A DNA stretch of 64,000 nucleotides. It comes from Caecitellus pseudoparvulus (Eukaryota > Protista > Bigyra: Bicosoecida). Each line of letters starts with the position of its first letter. Within the stretch, counting starts at the first letter, position 1. The notes beneath the pieces are model-generated. The model ran no database searches, was not told the origin of the DNA, and saw nothing but the letters and a program-made list of their open reading frames with translations. This document shows positions 40,055 through 51,158 of this stretch, one piece after another. The stretch spans positions 1-64,000 of the forward strand of contig CBFFRQ010000053.1 of assembly GCA_965644315.1 (NCBI GenBank), read 5' to 3'. The position numbers were made by a program, and so were the translations under genes.

Positions 40055-43000
40055 CTACTTCTGAGCTTTGAGGTGCTGTGCCAAGTGGCTGGCTCGCGCC
40101 TGCCCCAGCATGGACAGCACGCTTGACAAGCCTGCGGCAGGGGCAGTTGTGGGCAGCAGACCCAGCAGCGCGACATTCGCGGCTGGCTGGAGGCACGCGC
40201 CCACCGCAGCAGGCAAGTCACGAAAGAGACTGGGCGAAGAGTGCTCACTTGCGGCCAAGCCTGCAATCTGCTGGGCCCGCCGGGTGGAGTTCGCTGTCAG
40301 CGCCTGCAGGAAGGCAGCTGGCAACTGATGAGCCTGTGCCCCAGCAGTGGGCAGCAAGAAGAGGGTGAAGGAGGACACCTGCACTGTGTCAGAGCCAGGC
40401 AGCGTGATGGACAGCCGGATTCGGATCGACACAGCATCCCACGGCACCTTGGCCGCCTGCTGGGCGATGCAGTGCAGGAGCTGGTCAAAGTGCTGGCGGT
40501 CCCGCACGTCATCGGGGGCGTCCGTCGTGGAGGCAGGAAGGAGCGTGGCTTGTCCAGTCGACGTGCAAGCGTCAGCATCAATGGCCACGCGTGGGGGCTC
40601 CGGCAAGATGCTGCCCACTTTGCGGATCATGCGCCACAGCCAACGCGATAGCTCAAAGGCGAAACCCTGCCCTTCGCCAAAGGCCCAGCTGCTGAGGCAC
40701 GCAGAACTGGGCGCCACGACACTGCACAGCGCAGGGTGTCCATCAAATACATGCTGCAGGCCAGTGTGCAGGTCTTCGCCGTGGACAGGCTGCAGCAAGG
40801 CTGCACACGATGCGCTCGCTCCGAGAACAACGTCAGGAAGCGCTTCTGCCACGTCAGCGTCGGCATCGTCTGCCAAGCCACCGACGGCGTGCACGCCGTC
40901 CACGGCAACGCTTTCGATCCCCTGACCACGTCGAAGTAGCACTTCGCCGGAGCTTAGGCCCAGGACAGAGCCCGAGAGCGGGTCCTCCCCATCCTCCAAA
41001 AGTGCGATTGCCGTGCACACGAGGCCAGAGGCAGCAGTGGGGAACTGCGAGGGAGACTCAACTGCCACAGACTCCGGCTCAGAGTGGGGGGCCTCGTGTG
41101 CAGAACCTGCCTGAGCCCAAGCGGGGGTGCAAGCGGGGACAGCTGCCTCCTTCGGACTGCCTGCCGTCAGAGCTTTGGCATCCACGTGCTCCTGCAAGGG
41201 CTGAACGGGTGACCGAGGAGGTGGCTGCTCAAAAGCAGCATCAGGTGCTGGTGACAGGGCAGTCACCTCGTGAGGGGGCATGAAGTCGTCCAGAGGTGAG
41301 GATGCCAGCGTGTGCAGGTCTCCCGAAGTCGTTACGTGGGCTGCCTTCCACGTGGCGGCTGGAACAGCAGGCATGGGGGCTGCCCACGCTGATTCTGCTG
41401 AATAGGAAGGCTCTCGGGCCTGACCAACTTCGTGGGAACCCTCTGCTGGCACTGCCTGGTCTGCCTTCGCCACAGTGGGCCTGGAACGAGATCGAGGAGG
41501 AGGTGCTTGTTGAGCGCGTGCCTCGCCAGCGCCGCGTGCCGCTGAGTGCACCACAAGTAAAATTTCATCGCACATCTCTCGAGTGTCCGCGACGGCTGCG
41601 TGCACTCCCGCGACCGATTCGGCGCGCAACGTCGCAAGCGCCCGCCTCGTATCCTGCACACGCTGCCGTAGAGCCTGCAACCCAGCGAACGTACGCTTGC
41701 GGGCTGCCTCGGCACCGGCCGCCAGCGCTTCGGCGCGCGCACGCCGCTCACGCTCACGCTCAAGAGAATCTGTCAGTTGGTGCACACGAGTATGGGCTTG
41801 GAGGGCGCCAACAGCTTCCTGGGGCGTGCTGGCAGCGCGAATGACAGGGGACACGCTCTCACGAGGGGAGCCTTGCTGGCTGTCAGACCGTGGTACGCGG
41901 GCAGAATCGTCCGATAGGTTGCCGACCACGCTGCGTGCAACTGACGTAAGGGCTTGGAGAGCTGCCGACATGCCCTGTGGTGAAGTGAGCTGAGTGTCTG
42001 GGGAGGCGTGCGCGGGCTGAGGGGACGACACTTGCACTTCTCCGCGGGGCAGCCCCCACTCATCCTCCCCTTCAGCCTTTCCAGGCTTCGTCAGCGATGA
42101 CATGTGCTTCATGGTCTGCAGTGCCGTCTTGGGCCCAGAGTGTCGGCGGGTTCGCGGCTGGCTGCTGGAGCCTCGCGCGCTCAAGGCCCGGTGGTTAGAT
42201 GCGTGTCGCGGCGCGCTCGCGCTGCGGGAGCCCTGCCCAACTGGCGCAGCCTTCGATTCCTCGACAGCTTTGGTCCCTCCTTGGGCCTTGCGGCGACTGC
42301 TCGCTGTTTGCGCTGAGTGTAACCTGTGCCCAATGCTGCGGCCAGCTGCGCCAGGACGCGGTGGGCGTGCCGCCTGCGGCTGGCGCTGAGCGCCGAATGC
42401 GCGAGTGGGGGAGAGGTGGCCCCACTTCTTCTGCATCACGCCATCTCCTGCCATCCAACCTGGTCGTTCGTAGCCAGAGTGGTACTGGAAGCCGTCCCGG
42501 CTAGCGGACGGTGCTGGGACGCCGATGGTGTGGTGGTATGAGTTCATGCGGTCAGGGCGATGGGGGGGCGCTGGCGTGCTTGCCCGCTTGGCGGCCATGG
42601 CGGCGTTAAATGCCTCAGTGCGCTGCACCAGCGTCGGCTGGCCTGCCGGACGACGCGGAGGAGGGGAAGTTCGCTCCAGCTTGGGCTCCACGTCAGAGCT
42701 TTGCTGGTGAAGAGACAGTGCAGCGGGGGGGCGTGCACGCCCCCCAACAGTTGCGTCAAAGTGGGCAGCTGATGGCCACAAGGTCGGGCTTGCCTGGGCC
42801 GGCTCTGGCAAGGCGTCATGGGCGGTGTGAGTGGGGGACAGGCGCTTGACCCCCTTTCCCCGGGACACAGAGCGGGCGCGAGAAGCAGAGCTGGCGACAC
42901 TCCCTGCCCCTGACATGGGGGCGCGGGATGTCCGAAGGGCAATCTTCCCCTCGGGCTTCACGGATGGGAACATGCTGGCAGCGGGCAAGGACGAGGTGGC

Positions 43001-43321
43001 CTGGTCAGCGTCTTGGCCCCGGGCGCGGCGTGGGCCGCCTGCGCGACGTGCCCGCTTTCGTTGCTTGTATACGTCCTTGCCTAGCTTCTCCCAGTGCCGC
43101 CACTGTTCCTTGGGCATGGACTCCCGCTGATCCAGCAGCATCTGCGGTGAAGGGCCAGCGCCTGTGCAGGGGCGGCGTTTCACTTGCACGAAACGCAAAC
43201 GCACCTGCAGCTCCTGCTGGCTCAGCGCATCCTCTCGGCGCTGGCTGAAGTTCTTCGCGAGCAATTCCAGTGTCAACGCGTCAGGCTGCGGCCAGCTAGA
43301 GCCGTGACCACCTTCCTCCAT
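40055..43321 (-). CDS. Low-complexity N-terminus, coiled coil, and C-terminal degenerate kinesin-motor-like domain; probable in-frame intron 43142-43204
   Basis: ATG 43321 (MEEGGHG). 63-nt GTGCGT...CCGCAG intron. Coiled coil LERERERRARAEALAAGAEAARKR...LRAE. The last ~320 aa follow kinesin secondary-structure order but lack GxxGxGKT, SSRSH and DLAGSE. Confidence 0.65.
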   Translation of the reverse strand: MEEGGHGSSWPQPDALTLELLAKNFSQRREDALSQQELQVRLRFVQVKRRPCTGAGPSPQMLLDQRESMPKEQWRHWEKLGKDVYKQRKRARRAGGPRRARGQDADQATSSLPAASMFPSVKPEGKIALRTSRAPMSGAGSVASSASRARSVSRGKGVKRLSPTHTAHDALPEPAQASPTLWPSAAHFDATVGGRARPPAALSLHQQSSDVEPKLERTSPPPRRPAGQPTLVQRTEAFNAAMAAKRASTPAPPHRPDRMNSYHHTIGVPAPSASRDGFQYHSGYERPGWMAGDGVMQKKWGHLSPTRAFGAQRQPQAARPPRPGAAGRSIGHRLHSAQTASSRRKAQGGTKAVEESKAAPVGQGSRSASAPRHASNHRALSARGSSSQPRTRRHSGPKTALQTMKHMSSLTKPGKAEGEDEWGLPRGEVQVSSPQPAHASPDTQLTSPQGMSAALQALTSVARSVVGNLSDDSARVPRSDSQQGSPRESVSPVIRAASTPQEAVGALQAHTRVHQLTDSLERERERRARAEALAAGAEAARKRTFAGLQALRQRVQDTRRALATLRAESVAGVHAAVADTREMCDEILLVVHSAARGAGEARAQQAPPPRSRSRPTVAKADQAVPAEGSHEVGQAREPSYSAESAWAAPMPAVPAATWKAAHVTTSGDLHTLASSPLDDFMPPHEVTALSPAPDAAFEQPPPRSPVQPLQEHVDAKALTAGSPKEAAVPACTPAWAQAGSAHEAPHSEPESVAVESPSQFPTAASGLVCTAIALLEDGEDPLSGSVLGLSSGEVLLRRGQGIESVAVDGVHAVGGLADDADADVAEALPDVVLGASASCAALLQPVHGEDLHTGLQHVFDGHPALCSVVAPSSACLSSWAFGEGQGFAFELSRWLWRMIRKVGSILPEPPRVAIDADACTSTGQATLLPASTTDAPDDVRDRQHFDQLLHCIAQQAAKVPWDAVSIRIRLSITLPGSDTVQVSSFTLFLLPTAGAQAHQLPAAFLQALTANSTRRAQQIAGLAASEHSSPSLFRDLPAAVGACLQPAANVALLGLLPTTAPAAGLSSVLSMLGQARASHLAQHLKAQK

Positions 43322-45272
43322 GCTTGAAGCACGCAGAGGAGCTGTGTTGAGGTCGCGCGCGGAAACTGAGAGCCAGATGCACCTCTCAGGCAGGCGCCCG
43401 CAAGCTGTGCTGCTCAGGACACGGACAAGGATGCTGTGCAGAGAATTTCGAATGCCACTCAGACACCAAGCTTGCCCAGAACCAAGGTGCTGCGTACACG
43501 TGGCTGTGACCTGGGCGCCGTGGAAAGTGAGGCGCATTGCTTTACCAGGAGGGGTGCTCAACGAGCCCGGCACCCCCCCTCATGAATTCTTACCAGAGTA
43601 ACAGCTGCAGCAAATTTCACACCGACACACCATGTTCGCATCCCATGTGAGCTTGTCCAGCCACACTAGCAGATCCTTGCTGCGCGCGCACTGCAAGCTG
43701 GCAATGGAAGTGTGCTGACGGCGTGTGCGTGAGGGAGCTGCTTGCAGCATCCCTCGTGCGGCCCGAGCCCCGGGCAACGGTGCTGAAGCTCTCACAGGTT
43801 CCTACCTTCCTCCCATGTACTTTTTCCTGAGACTGCCGTCGGTGCGTGCGCTTGTGTGTCGGCGTGAAGCCCGAGTGTGGCGGTGTGTGGCTGGTGCAGT
43901 GCCGTTGTTCCGCTCCGCCTGTCAGCTGCCAAGCCCTGTGACGACCCGAAACATTCCATGCTAAAACTGACTGCAAGTGACGATTCAATGTTTAAAATTC
44001 CTCTGAGGTCTCTTGTGCGGTGCCAGGGCAGCCGCCCCTGCTGTGTGGCGGTTGTGGCGTTTTGCCCAGCACGGCAACTATCCTTCACTGCTCCCAATAG
44101 TGGGCAGGGAAATTATTCCCCGTGCAACACGAAAGCAGTGCATTAGTTGGACTCGCCTGGCTCTCTCACTGCCGGTTTGTCCTGGTCATGCCACCGACAC
44201 TCTCCTTCCCTTCACAGGCACCCCACCGGCCACGGGCAACTCGGACTCGAGCCTCCCCTCTTCATGTGTAAGTCGTCCAGTCCCCTTCTTCTGTGTGTGT
44301 GGTCTGTGATTATAACCTCACCTTACAATATGCCGTTTACCCGTCTTACCGCGGCCAAGCCGCAATGGTGATAGTTCGGTGTATGAGACCTTCCGTGTTG
44401 TGTGTCCTGTGATGATTTCGTACATCAAATGGAATTACCGTCTGACTGTCAGTGACGAGTATTGCGAAGGCTGTCTGAGGACTTGTGTGTGCTGCTCTGG
44501 CACGCTGTGGAGTGATTATTCACGTCTGGACTTCTGCAGGCCTGGGGGCTTTCTGGCCAACCCTACCGATGCTGAAGATTCCGTGGCCACCTATGACCAC
44601 AGGCCGAGCTGTGCTGGCTGTCGTGTTTGTGCGGAGAGTGTATGCCTTGAGTGATGAGCACCTGATTCCCCTTCCGACTGACGGTGAAGAGAACAACCAG
44701 ATCCTTGTCCAAACCTCTGACACTGTATCCACCCTCCCCTGTCCTCCCCCTCTTTGCAGATCGGTGCGTGCTCCACTGACACTTACCCTGTCGCTCGTTG
44801 TACTCCGGTGATTGCATATGGTAATTTACAACCGACTGCAAGTGACGTCAACTCTGATTGGATGAGGAGTGTGCTTGCTGTGTGCCCTCTGGCTCTCGAC
44901 CGCCATGTTGATGATTCAGCCAACTTTTCATGCGTGTCAAATGAAGCTGCCCCGGGCATTCTGTTCGGACGTGGCACTGATCTGACCGTGCTAACCTGAA
45001 TGGTGCCGAGTGTCCCTCTGTGTCCTGTGCCCTACGCTGTACAGACGGTCGGTCGCGGGTGGATTCCCACCGCCCGTGCCCAACATTTTTTCGTACAGCA
45101 AGATTCCCCGCACATATTGTCTTTTGCACGTGTTGTCTGCCCTCCTAACAACTGGGGCGGGCTTCGGTTGTGTAATTGTTACCGCGTACGGCACATTTCA
45201 CGGTACTCCTCCGTACCGCCCTCACAGGCTGTGGACTTTCACCGTGGCTTTCGCTACGCTCCATGCATTTCT

Positions 45273-46466
45273 CTACCTTTCTAATCCAAACACTGCGCCG
45301 CGTCCTGGGCCCGACCAGTCGCCCCCCTCCCCCGGAGCGGGCAGAAGCATGTCCCGCACAACTTCGAACAGCGAGAACTGGATGGCGGTGTACGGGAACA
45401 CTGCCAGCATGCGGGGCCCAGTGCCTCTCCACAGCGCCAGCACGCCTTCCCCAGCTGCAGCCCGAGCAACCTGCGCCATGCTGCCCCCAAACGCCATGCC
45501 CTCCCCCTGCGTCATGAGGCGGGTGGTGATGACGTCCAAGGGGTTGGTGAGGGCTGCCCCTGCCGCACCAGCCACGCCCCCTGCCAGGAACAAGGATGTC
45601 CCAGACGGCTCGCCTGCCTGCAGGGTGGCCAACTGATGCCGCATCTGCGTGGAGGCGGTGGCTGGGTGAGGTATGCGTCTCGCACGGCACTGCGCTGCAG
45701 GCGCCTCACGTGTTCGTAGAAGAGGAAGACAAGGCCGGCCAGGCACGTGTCTTGAATCAAGCAGGAATGCATGCCAGCCCACAGCCCCGGCAGGCCTTGC
45801 CGTCTGTAAATGCAGCGGCCTGCATCCCAGATGCCAGCGAAGTTGCGCGTTTGTTCCAGGAGGCCACCTGTCGCGCGGTGAGGGTTGGCGCCCAGCTGTA
45901 ACCTGGACTTGATGACTTCAGAAGGGATGGTGATGACAGAGGTCAGGAGCTCGGCTGACGCGCCGGCGGCAAGGATGACAAGGCTGGCACGCTCAGGGCC
46001 CGCTGCCGCCAGCCCCCACTGCTTGAACATGTGGTACAGCCCGAAGTACGCCGCCGTCACTGGAGCAGCCACAAGCATTGGCACGGACACCCCCGCCATG
46101 ATGCCCCTCCAGCCCTCTGCGAAGCAGGCAGCAACCGGAGCTTGCGAGCTGGCGGCGCAGTCGCGTCAATGCGCCGCCGGCGTACCTTGCGCCAGGATGA
46201 GCCTCGCATTGCCAAGGAGGCCTCCGTACCCGGAGGAAGGGTGCACTTTTGCCCGGTGGCTCACGGTTTCAAAGGGGTGTGCGGCCACTTCAGAAGCCAG
46301 CCCGGACACGGCGCCGGCGATCAACGTCTCTGTTGCGGAGATTGGAGCAAGGTGCGCTGGCGCTGGTTTCACGCCTGCTGCACGGAAGACAGCACGCACC
46401 ATGCCCGAACTCCTCATCGAAGAAGTCCATCAAAGTTCCCAACAAGGCCTCGCCGCCCACAGCCAT
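45273..46466 (-). CDS. Mitochondrial carrier family (SLC25) protein; introns 46330-46399, 46117-46185, 45645-45709
   Basis: Three carrier signatures: HPFETVSHR, IPSEVIKSRLQ, NPLDVITTRLM. GT-AG introns of 70, 69 and 65 nt restore one frame (MDFFDEEFGH-E-TLIAGAVSG; AQ-E-GWRGIMAG; FYEH-MRHQL). Start is ATG 46466 or 46430. Confidence 0.88.
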
Positions 46467-46903
46467 TGCAGGCGGCACTGCCGGGCCCACAGACTGCGCT
46501 TGTTGCCTGCACCAATTTCCGCAACTTCCTTCGCCTGCCTTGAGTAGAGCAGTGAACGAGGGCTCCCCTGTTTTACGAAGCGGGTACTGAGGCTGACGTG
46601 TCGGGTGTGGGTGGGACCTTTAGGTGGGATCTTTAAGTCTCGGAAATTGCTTTGTATTGTCTCAATTGCTTGACCTCAAGGTCTGTTTGACTCTGCAAAT
46701 GATTTTCCTTTCGCATGTTGAGCAGCCACGCATTGCAAGATAGCATCCGGCCTTCATTCCCAATATAAGCACGACGTATACTTTCCTGGCTACCACAGCC
46801 CGCTTTCATGAGACTTTATCTGGCTCAGCAAGAGCTGCCTGTCACTGAGTGGCGAGTGAGCTCTGTTTCCGGGACTTTGCCCCACCGCCTGCCGTGCCAC
46901 AGC

Positions 46904-48953
46904 ATGGCAGCCTCTTCAGATGACGACACGTCCTTCGTTGAGGGGCTGCAGCAGCAGTTCAGCTCAGCCTCTCTGCTGGGTACAGACGACGAGGGCGATG
47001 TGGTTGTGACTGTGAAGGGTGCGTGGCAAGGAGCCATCGGCCCGCAACTTCCGCGCAGCCACCCCTTGCACCGACCCCGCCAGACACGGACAAGGCGGGC
47101 GACAAGAAGACCAAGGTGGAAAAAGCATACGCCATTGTGGGAGGTGCATTGAAGCAGTCCCTGCGCAGTGTCCCGGATATCTCCTTGATCGACGCGTGCG
47201 TCGCTGCGCCTTGCACCTTCGTGGCGTGGTGAGCACGGAGCACTGCCTCTGCCTTCGCAGGGCGCTTGGCGTGCAGCAAGCCCTGCGCACCTCCCAGGCC
47301 CCCTCCATCACTCTGGAGGAAGCCAGGGAGCTGTTCGACAGCGGCGGTGCCATCAACGACGAGGCGACGCTGAGCCTGTTGCAGCGCATGGGGTACTTCG
47401 CTGAGGCAGCGTACCGCGGGGGGGGCGAGGCCGCCATCCACGACCTGGGGGAGTACTTGGGCTCCAAGGACGACATCGTAGCTGCATGCTGGAAGTCCAA
47501 GGTGCTGAAGCCGGCCTGGTTCGTGGCCATCGACGACGCCAGCCGCGCCGTCGTCCTGGCCATCCGTGGCACGAACGACATCTCCGACGCGCTGACAGAC
47601 GTCACTGCGGCGCCAGTGGCCTTCCACATGGCATCCTGCAAGGGAAAGGTGGCTGTGCACGCCGGCATGCTACGCAGCTCCCTGTGGCTGCTGCAGCAAG
47701 CCACGCCGTCCCTGCGCCAAGCCCTGACGTCAGAGCGGTGCCAGGGGTACCGCCTGTTGGTGACAGGGCACTCCCTAGGGGGCGGCTGCGCCAGCCTGGT
47801 GGCGGCCCTCATGGTTGAAGGCTACTGTGCGGAGGTGCAGGGCGTGGATGCGTCTCCTCGTCCCTCCGGCAGTCGGCGCAGTGCGCAGGGTGCGGGGAAG
47901 GAGGGCGAGGAGCAGCAGCCTGCCGAGGAGGAAGAGGAGGAGGAGGAAGAGAAGGAGGCGCTGCCGGAGCTGACACAGCTGGCAAAGGACGTGCACGCGT
48001 ACACCTTCTGCCCCGCGGCAGTGGGTGACCGCACCTTCTCCACCACCTACGCTGACATCGTCACCGCTGTGACCATGCAGAGCGACCTGGTGCCGCGGTT
48101 CTGCGCCGTCTCTGCGCGGTCCATGCTGGAAGAAGCCCTCACCTTTGCGCCTGCCGCCCGCAAACGCCTGCGGGAGCGCTATGACCAGACGTACACCGCC
48201 GCGGTGCTGCGCAGGGTGCACGCCGGCGCGGCATCGGCCCAGCATCACGCAGACTCAGTCGCAGCAGCGGCCCAGGCCAGTATGCAGCGCTTGGCTGTGC
48301 GCCTGCACAAGCACGCCGTCGTGGCAAGCACGGTCAAGGGCGCCGCCGCCGCCATGGCCTTCACACATGCGACTGCGGCGGCAGGCGCCAAGGCGGCCCA
48401 CGATGCGGTGGGGGCAGCTTTCAAGAGCGCCTCCACCACCTTTGCCCGGTGGAGGAAGCGGGACCAGGTGGCGGGGGAGTTGGCAGAGGCGGAGGAGGCG
48501 GCGGCTGAGCGGGGTGATGACGAGGCGCACGCTGTGTGTGATGCGGGCTCCGGCGGCGAGGGGGAGGAGGGCAAGGGGGGAGGCGAGTCCGACACCACGT
48601 ACATTGGGGCGCTGGACATTGACGTGCCGTATATGTGTGGTGTGAAGCTGTACCCTCTGGGGCGCCTGCTGATGATGAAGGGTGTCGCGCAGCCCCTGCA
48701 AGGGGCTGTCGCGGAGGGCACAGCCATCACCAAGGAGGTGGAGGAGGAGGAGGAGGAGGAGGAGGAGGAGCAGGCTGTGACCAGCACAGCGACAGGGGAT
48801 GTGGACGCCTTCCGGGGTTATGTCCTGGTGGAAGTCGAGCCGGCGGAGTACGACCGGGTCCTGCTGAACAAGCGCATGTTGCGCGATCACATGCTCACGG
48901 ACGTGCTGGGCTTCTTGGGGCAAGCTGCCTCGCTGCAGGAGGGCGACGAGTGA
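46904..48953 (+). CDS. Class-3 lipase (DAG-lipase-like alpha/beta hydrolase); introns 47019-47083 and 47196-47260
   Basis: VVLAIRGT..ISDALTD, VHAGML, LLVTGHSLGGG (GHSLG 47766-47780), DLVPR, RMLRDHML. Two 65-nt GTGCGT...CAG introns restore the frame. Two poly-Glu tracts. Confidence 0.9.
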
Positions 48954-49130
48954 AGTGGCCGCCAGACCACAATTCATCGCAAACGGTGGCACCATACGGG
49001 CAGGGGCAGGCTCGCTGCTCGCCTGCTCGCTGCCGTGCGGGTCTCAGCTGGCGAAGGCGGGTCGATAGCGTCTGCGGAATTTGCCGCCCAGCCCTAGCCC
49101 CGCACCAGTTGGCCGCGCTTCCTCAGTGCC

Positions 49131-51145
49131 ATGAACGTGTACCTCCCAGTGGCCTTCACCCTTGCAGGGTGCTCCATAGGAGCGGGGCTAGTGGCATTGC
49201 CAGCGGCGTTTGCCACTGCTTCCACGCTGCCGGCTGCGTTGCTGCTGGGCGGCACTGCCGTGCTGAACCTGGTCAGCCTCTGGTATGTCGCCGCCGCTGC
49301 CAAGCTTTCAGGGGCGACAAACTACGGCGAGTTGGCGCTGTGCTGGGGCCGACCAGCCCGTCTTGCCATGGTGAGTGCCCCCTCTTCGCCCTGCGCGCCT
49401 TGGGCCGCTGTGACACGCTTGCCGCGCTTGCCGCGCAGGAGGCCTTGACCGCCGTGACACTGGCAGGGGTGCTGGTGTCTCTGGAGCTCATCATGCGGGA
49501 CTGCTTCACCATGGCCGTGTTTGGGGGGGACCAGGAGCTGGGGTACTTCGCCCTGGCTGGCCTGCTGCTGTGTGTCGTGCTGCCGCTCAGCCTGCTGCCA
49601 AAGATGTCCCTGCTGTCCAAATCCTCCCTCCTCAGCATCCTGGCCATCCTGTACATGATCGGGGTGCTGGTGTTCATGGGCGGGCGCGACGCCCATGAAC
49701 ACCCACAGTCCCTGCAGCCCCGAGACGTGCCCTTTGCCAAGCTGCTGTCTGCCGCCCCCGTCATCGTGTACAGTTTGGGCTGCCAGGTGCAGGCGGTGCC
49801 CCTGTTCCAAGAACTGCCCAAGGAGGGCCGTGGCGTGAACGTCTTCCTGCTCTGCGTGGCTGTGCCCGCCATGCTGCTGTGTGTGGCGCTGTTCGCCACG
49901 ACAGGCCTCTTCGGCATGCTGGCCACCTACCCCCGCACACAGGGCGATGTCCTGCGTTCCCTGCCCTCCGCATTCCTCCCAGCCAGGGTGGCGCAGCTGG
50001 CAGTGGGGGTGTCCCTCGCCCTCGTCACGCCCCTCATGCTGTGGCCCATCCGCACCGCCGTCCTCAACATTGCCAAGCAGTGCCAGCGCAGCGCTCGGGG
50101 CAGCGGGTCCAAGCAGCCCCACCCTGGTCTGACTGACGAGGAGTCACCGGGCCGGGGCCATGGCGGACCCTTAGCGGCACCATCCCTGCCTGTCAGGCGC
50201 TTGCCTGGCGGGGGACTGGGTGCAGCCCTCCTGCACCCCCCCGCTGTCCGCCTCACTGTCAACGGCACTGCTGAGGTGCAGGAGGCGAGTTTGGACCCCT
50301 CGCGGGACAGGGTGGTGGGGCCGGGGGCGCCCTCCCAGGGCTGGATGCCGCCCTCTCCAGTGCCAGGTCAGCGCATGCAGGGCGCCATCGTGCGCAGCCA
50401 CGTCATGCGCAGTCGCCAGGCCTCCAGCGATGCTCGTGTGTCCCTGCTGTCAGGCCAGCACGGCGGGCCGGCGCGCCTGGAACGCCAGGCGCTGTCCATG
50501 TCTGGCTCCAGCCCCGGCGCCAGTAGCGATGGCGATGTGCCCCGGCGCCGGAGCGACTCGCGGTCCATGTGTTCCTGGTGGTGGTGGGAGCGCACAGGCG
50601 TCACGCTGGCCATCCTCGCCGTCTCCTTTGGCATCGCAGTGGGCGTGCCCAGTGTGCTCACGGTCTTCCGCATCGTCGGCGCAACTGCCGGCACCTTCCT
50701 CTTCTACCTGTACCCAGCCATGGTGTACTTGAAGCTCACCAGCATGGTGCACGCAGCGCCACAGGGCGCCCCTGTCACTCCGGATGCCGCCCCCCACACT
50801 GCGCCGGCAGGCTCCTTTGGCCTGCAGTGGGTGGACGGCGACATTTCCATCTCCTCCCCCGTCGTGGGGCCCAGCAAGGCGCCTGTGCAGGGGGTCATCG
50901 TCAGCGCCGACGCCCGCATGGCCACTGCCACGGAGAGCGACACGGACGCGGCAGGGGGCGACGCCCTCCCTGCCGCCAGCATGTCGGCCCAGCCATGTGG
51001 CTTGCGGCACTGCAGTGGCGTGCAGTACGTGCCAGTGCATTCCTGCGCCCGAGCTGGCGCGTATGCGCTGCTGCTCGCTGGCATCTGTATCATGGTGCTG
51101 AGCCTGTACAGCGTTATCGACGGCTTCGTGACTGAGACGCGGTAG
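49131..51145 (+). CDS. Amino-acid transporter (AAAP/SLC38-like); intron 49371-49438
   Basis: AFTLAGCSIGAGLVALPAAF, NYGELA, LPLSLLPKMSLLSKSSLLSILAILY, PVIVYSLGCQ, VFRIVGATAGTFLFYLYPA. 68-nt GTGAGT...GCAG intron. Confidence 0.9.
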
Positions 51146-51158
51146 GCGTCACACGTGC

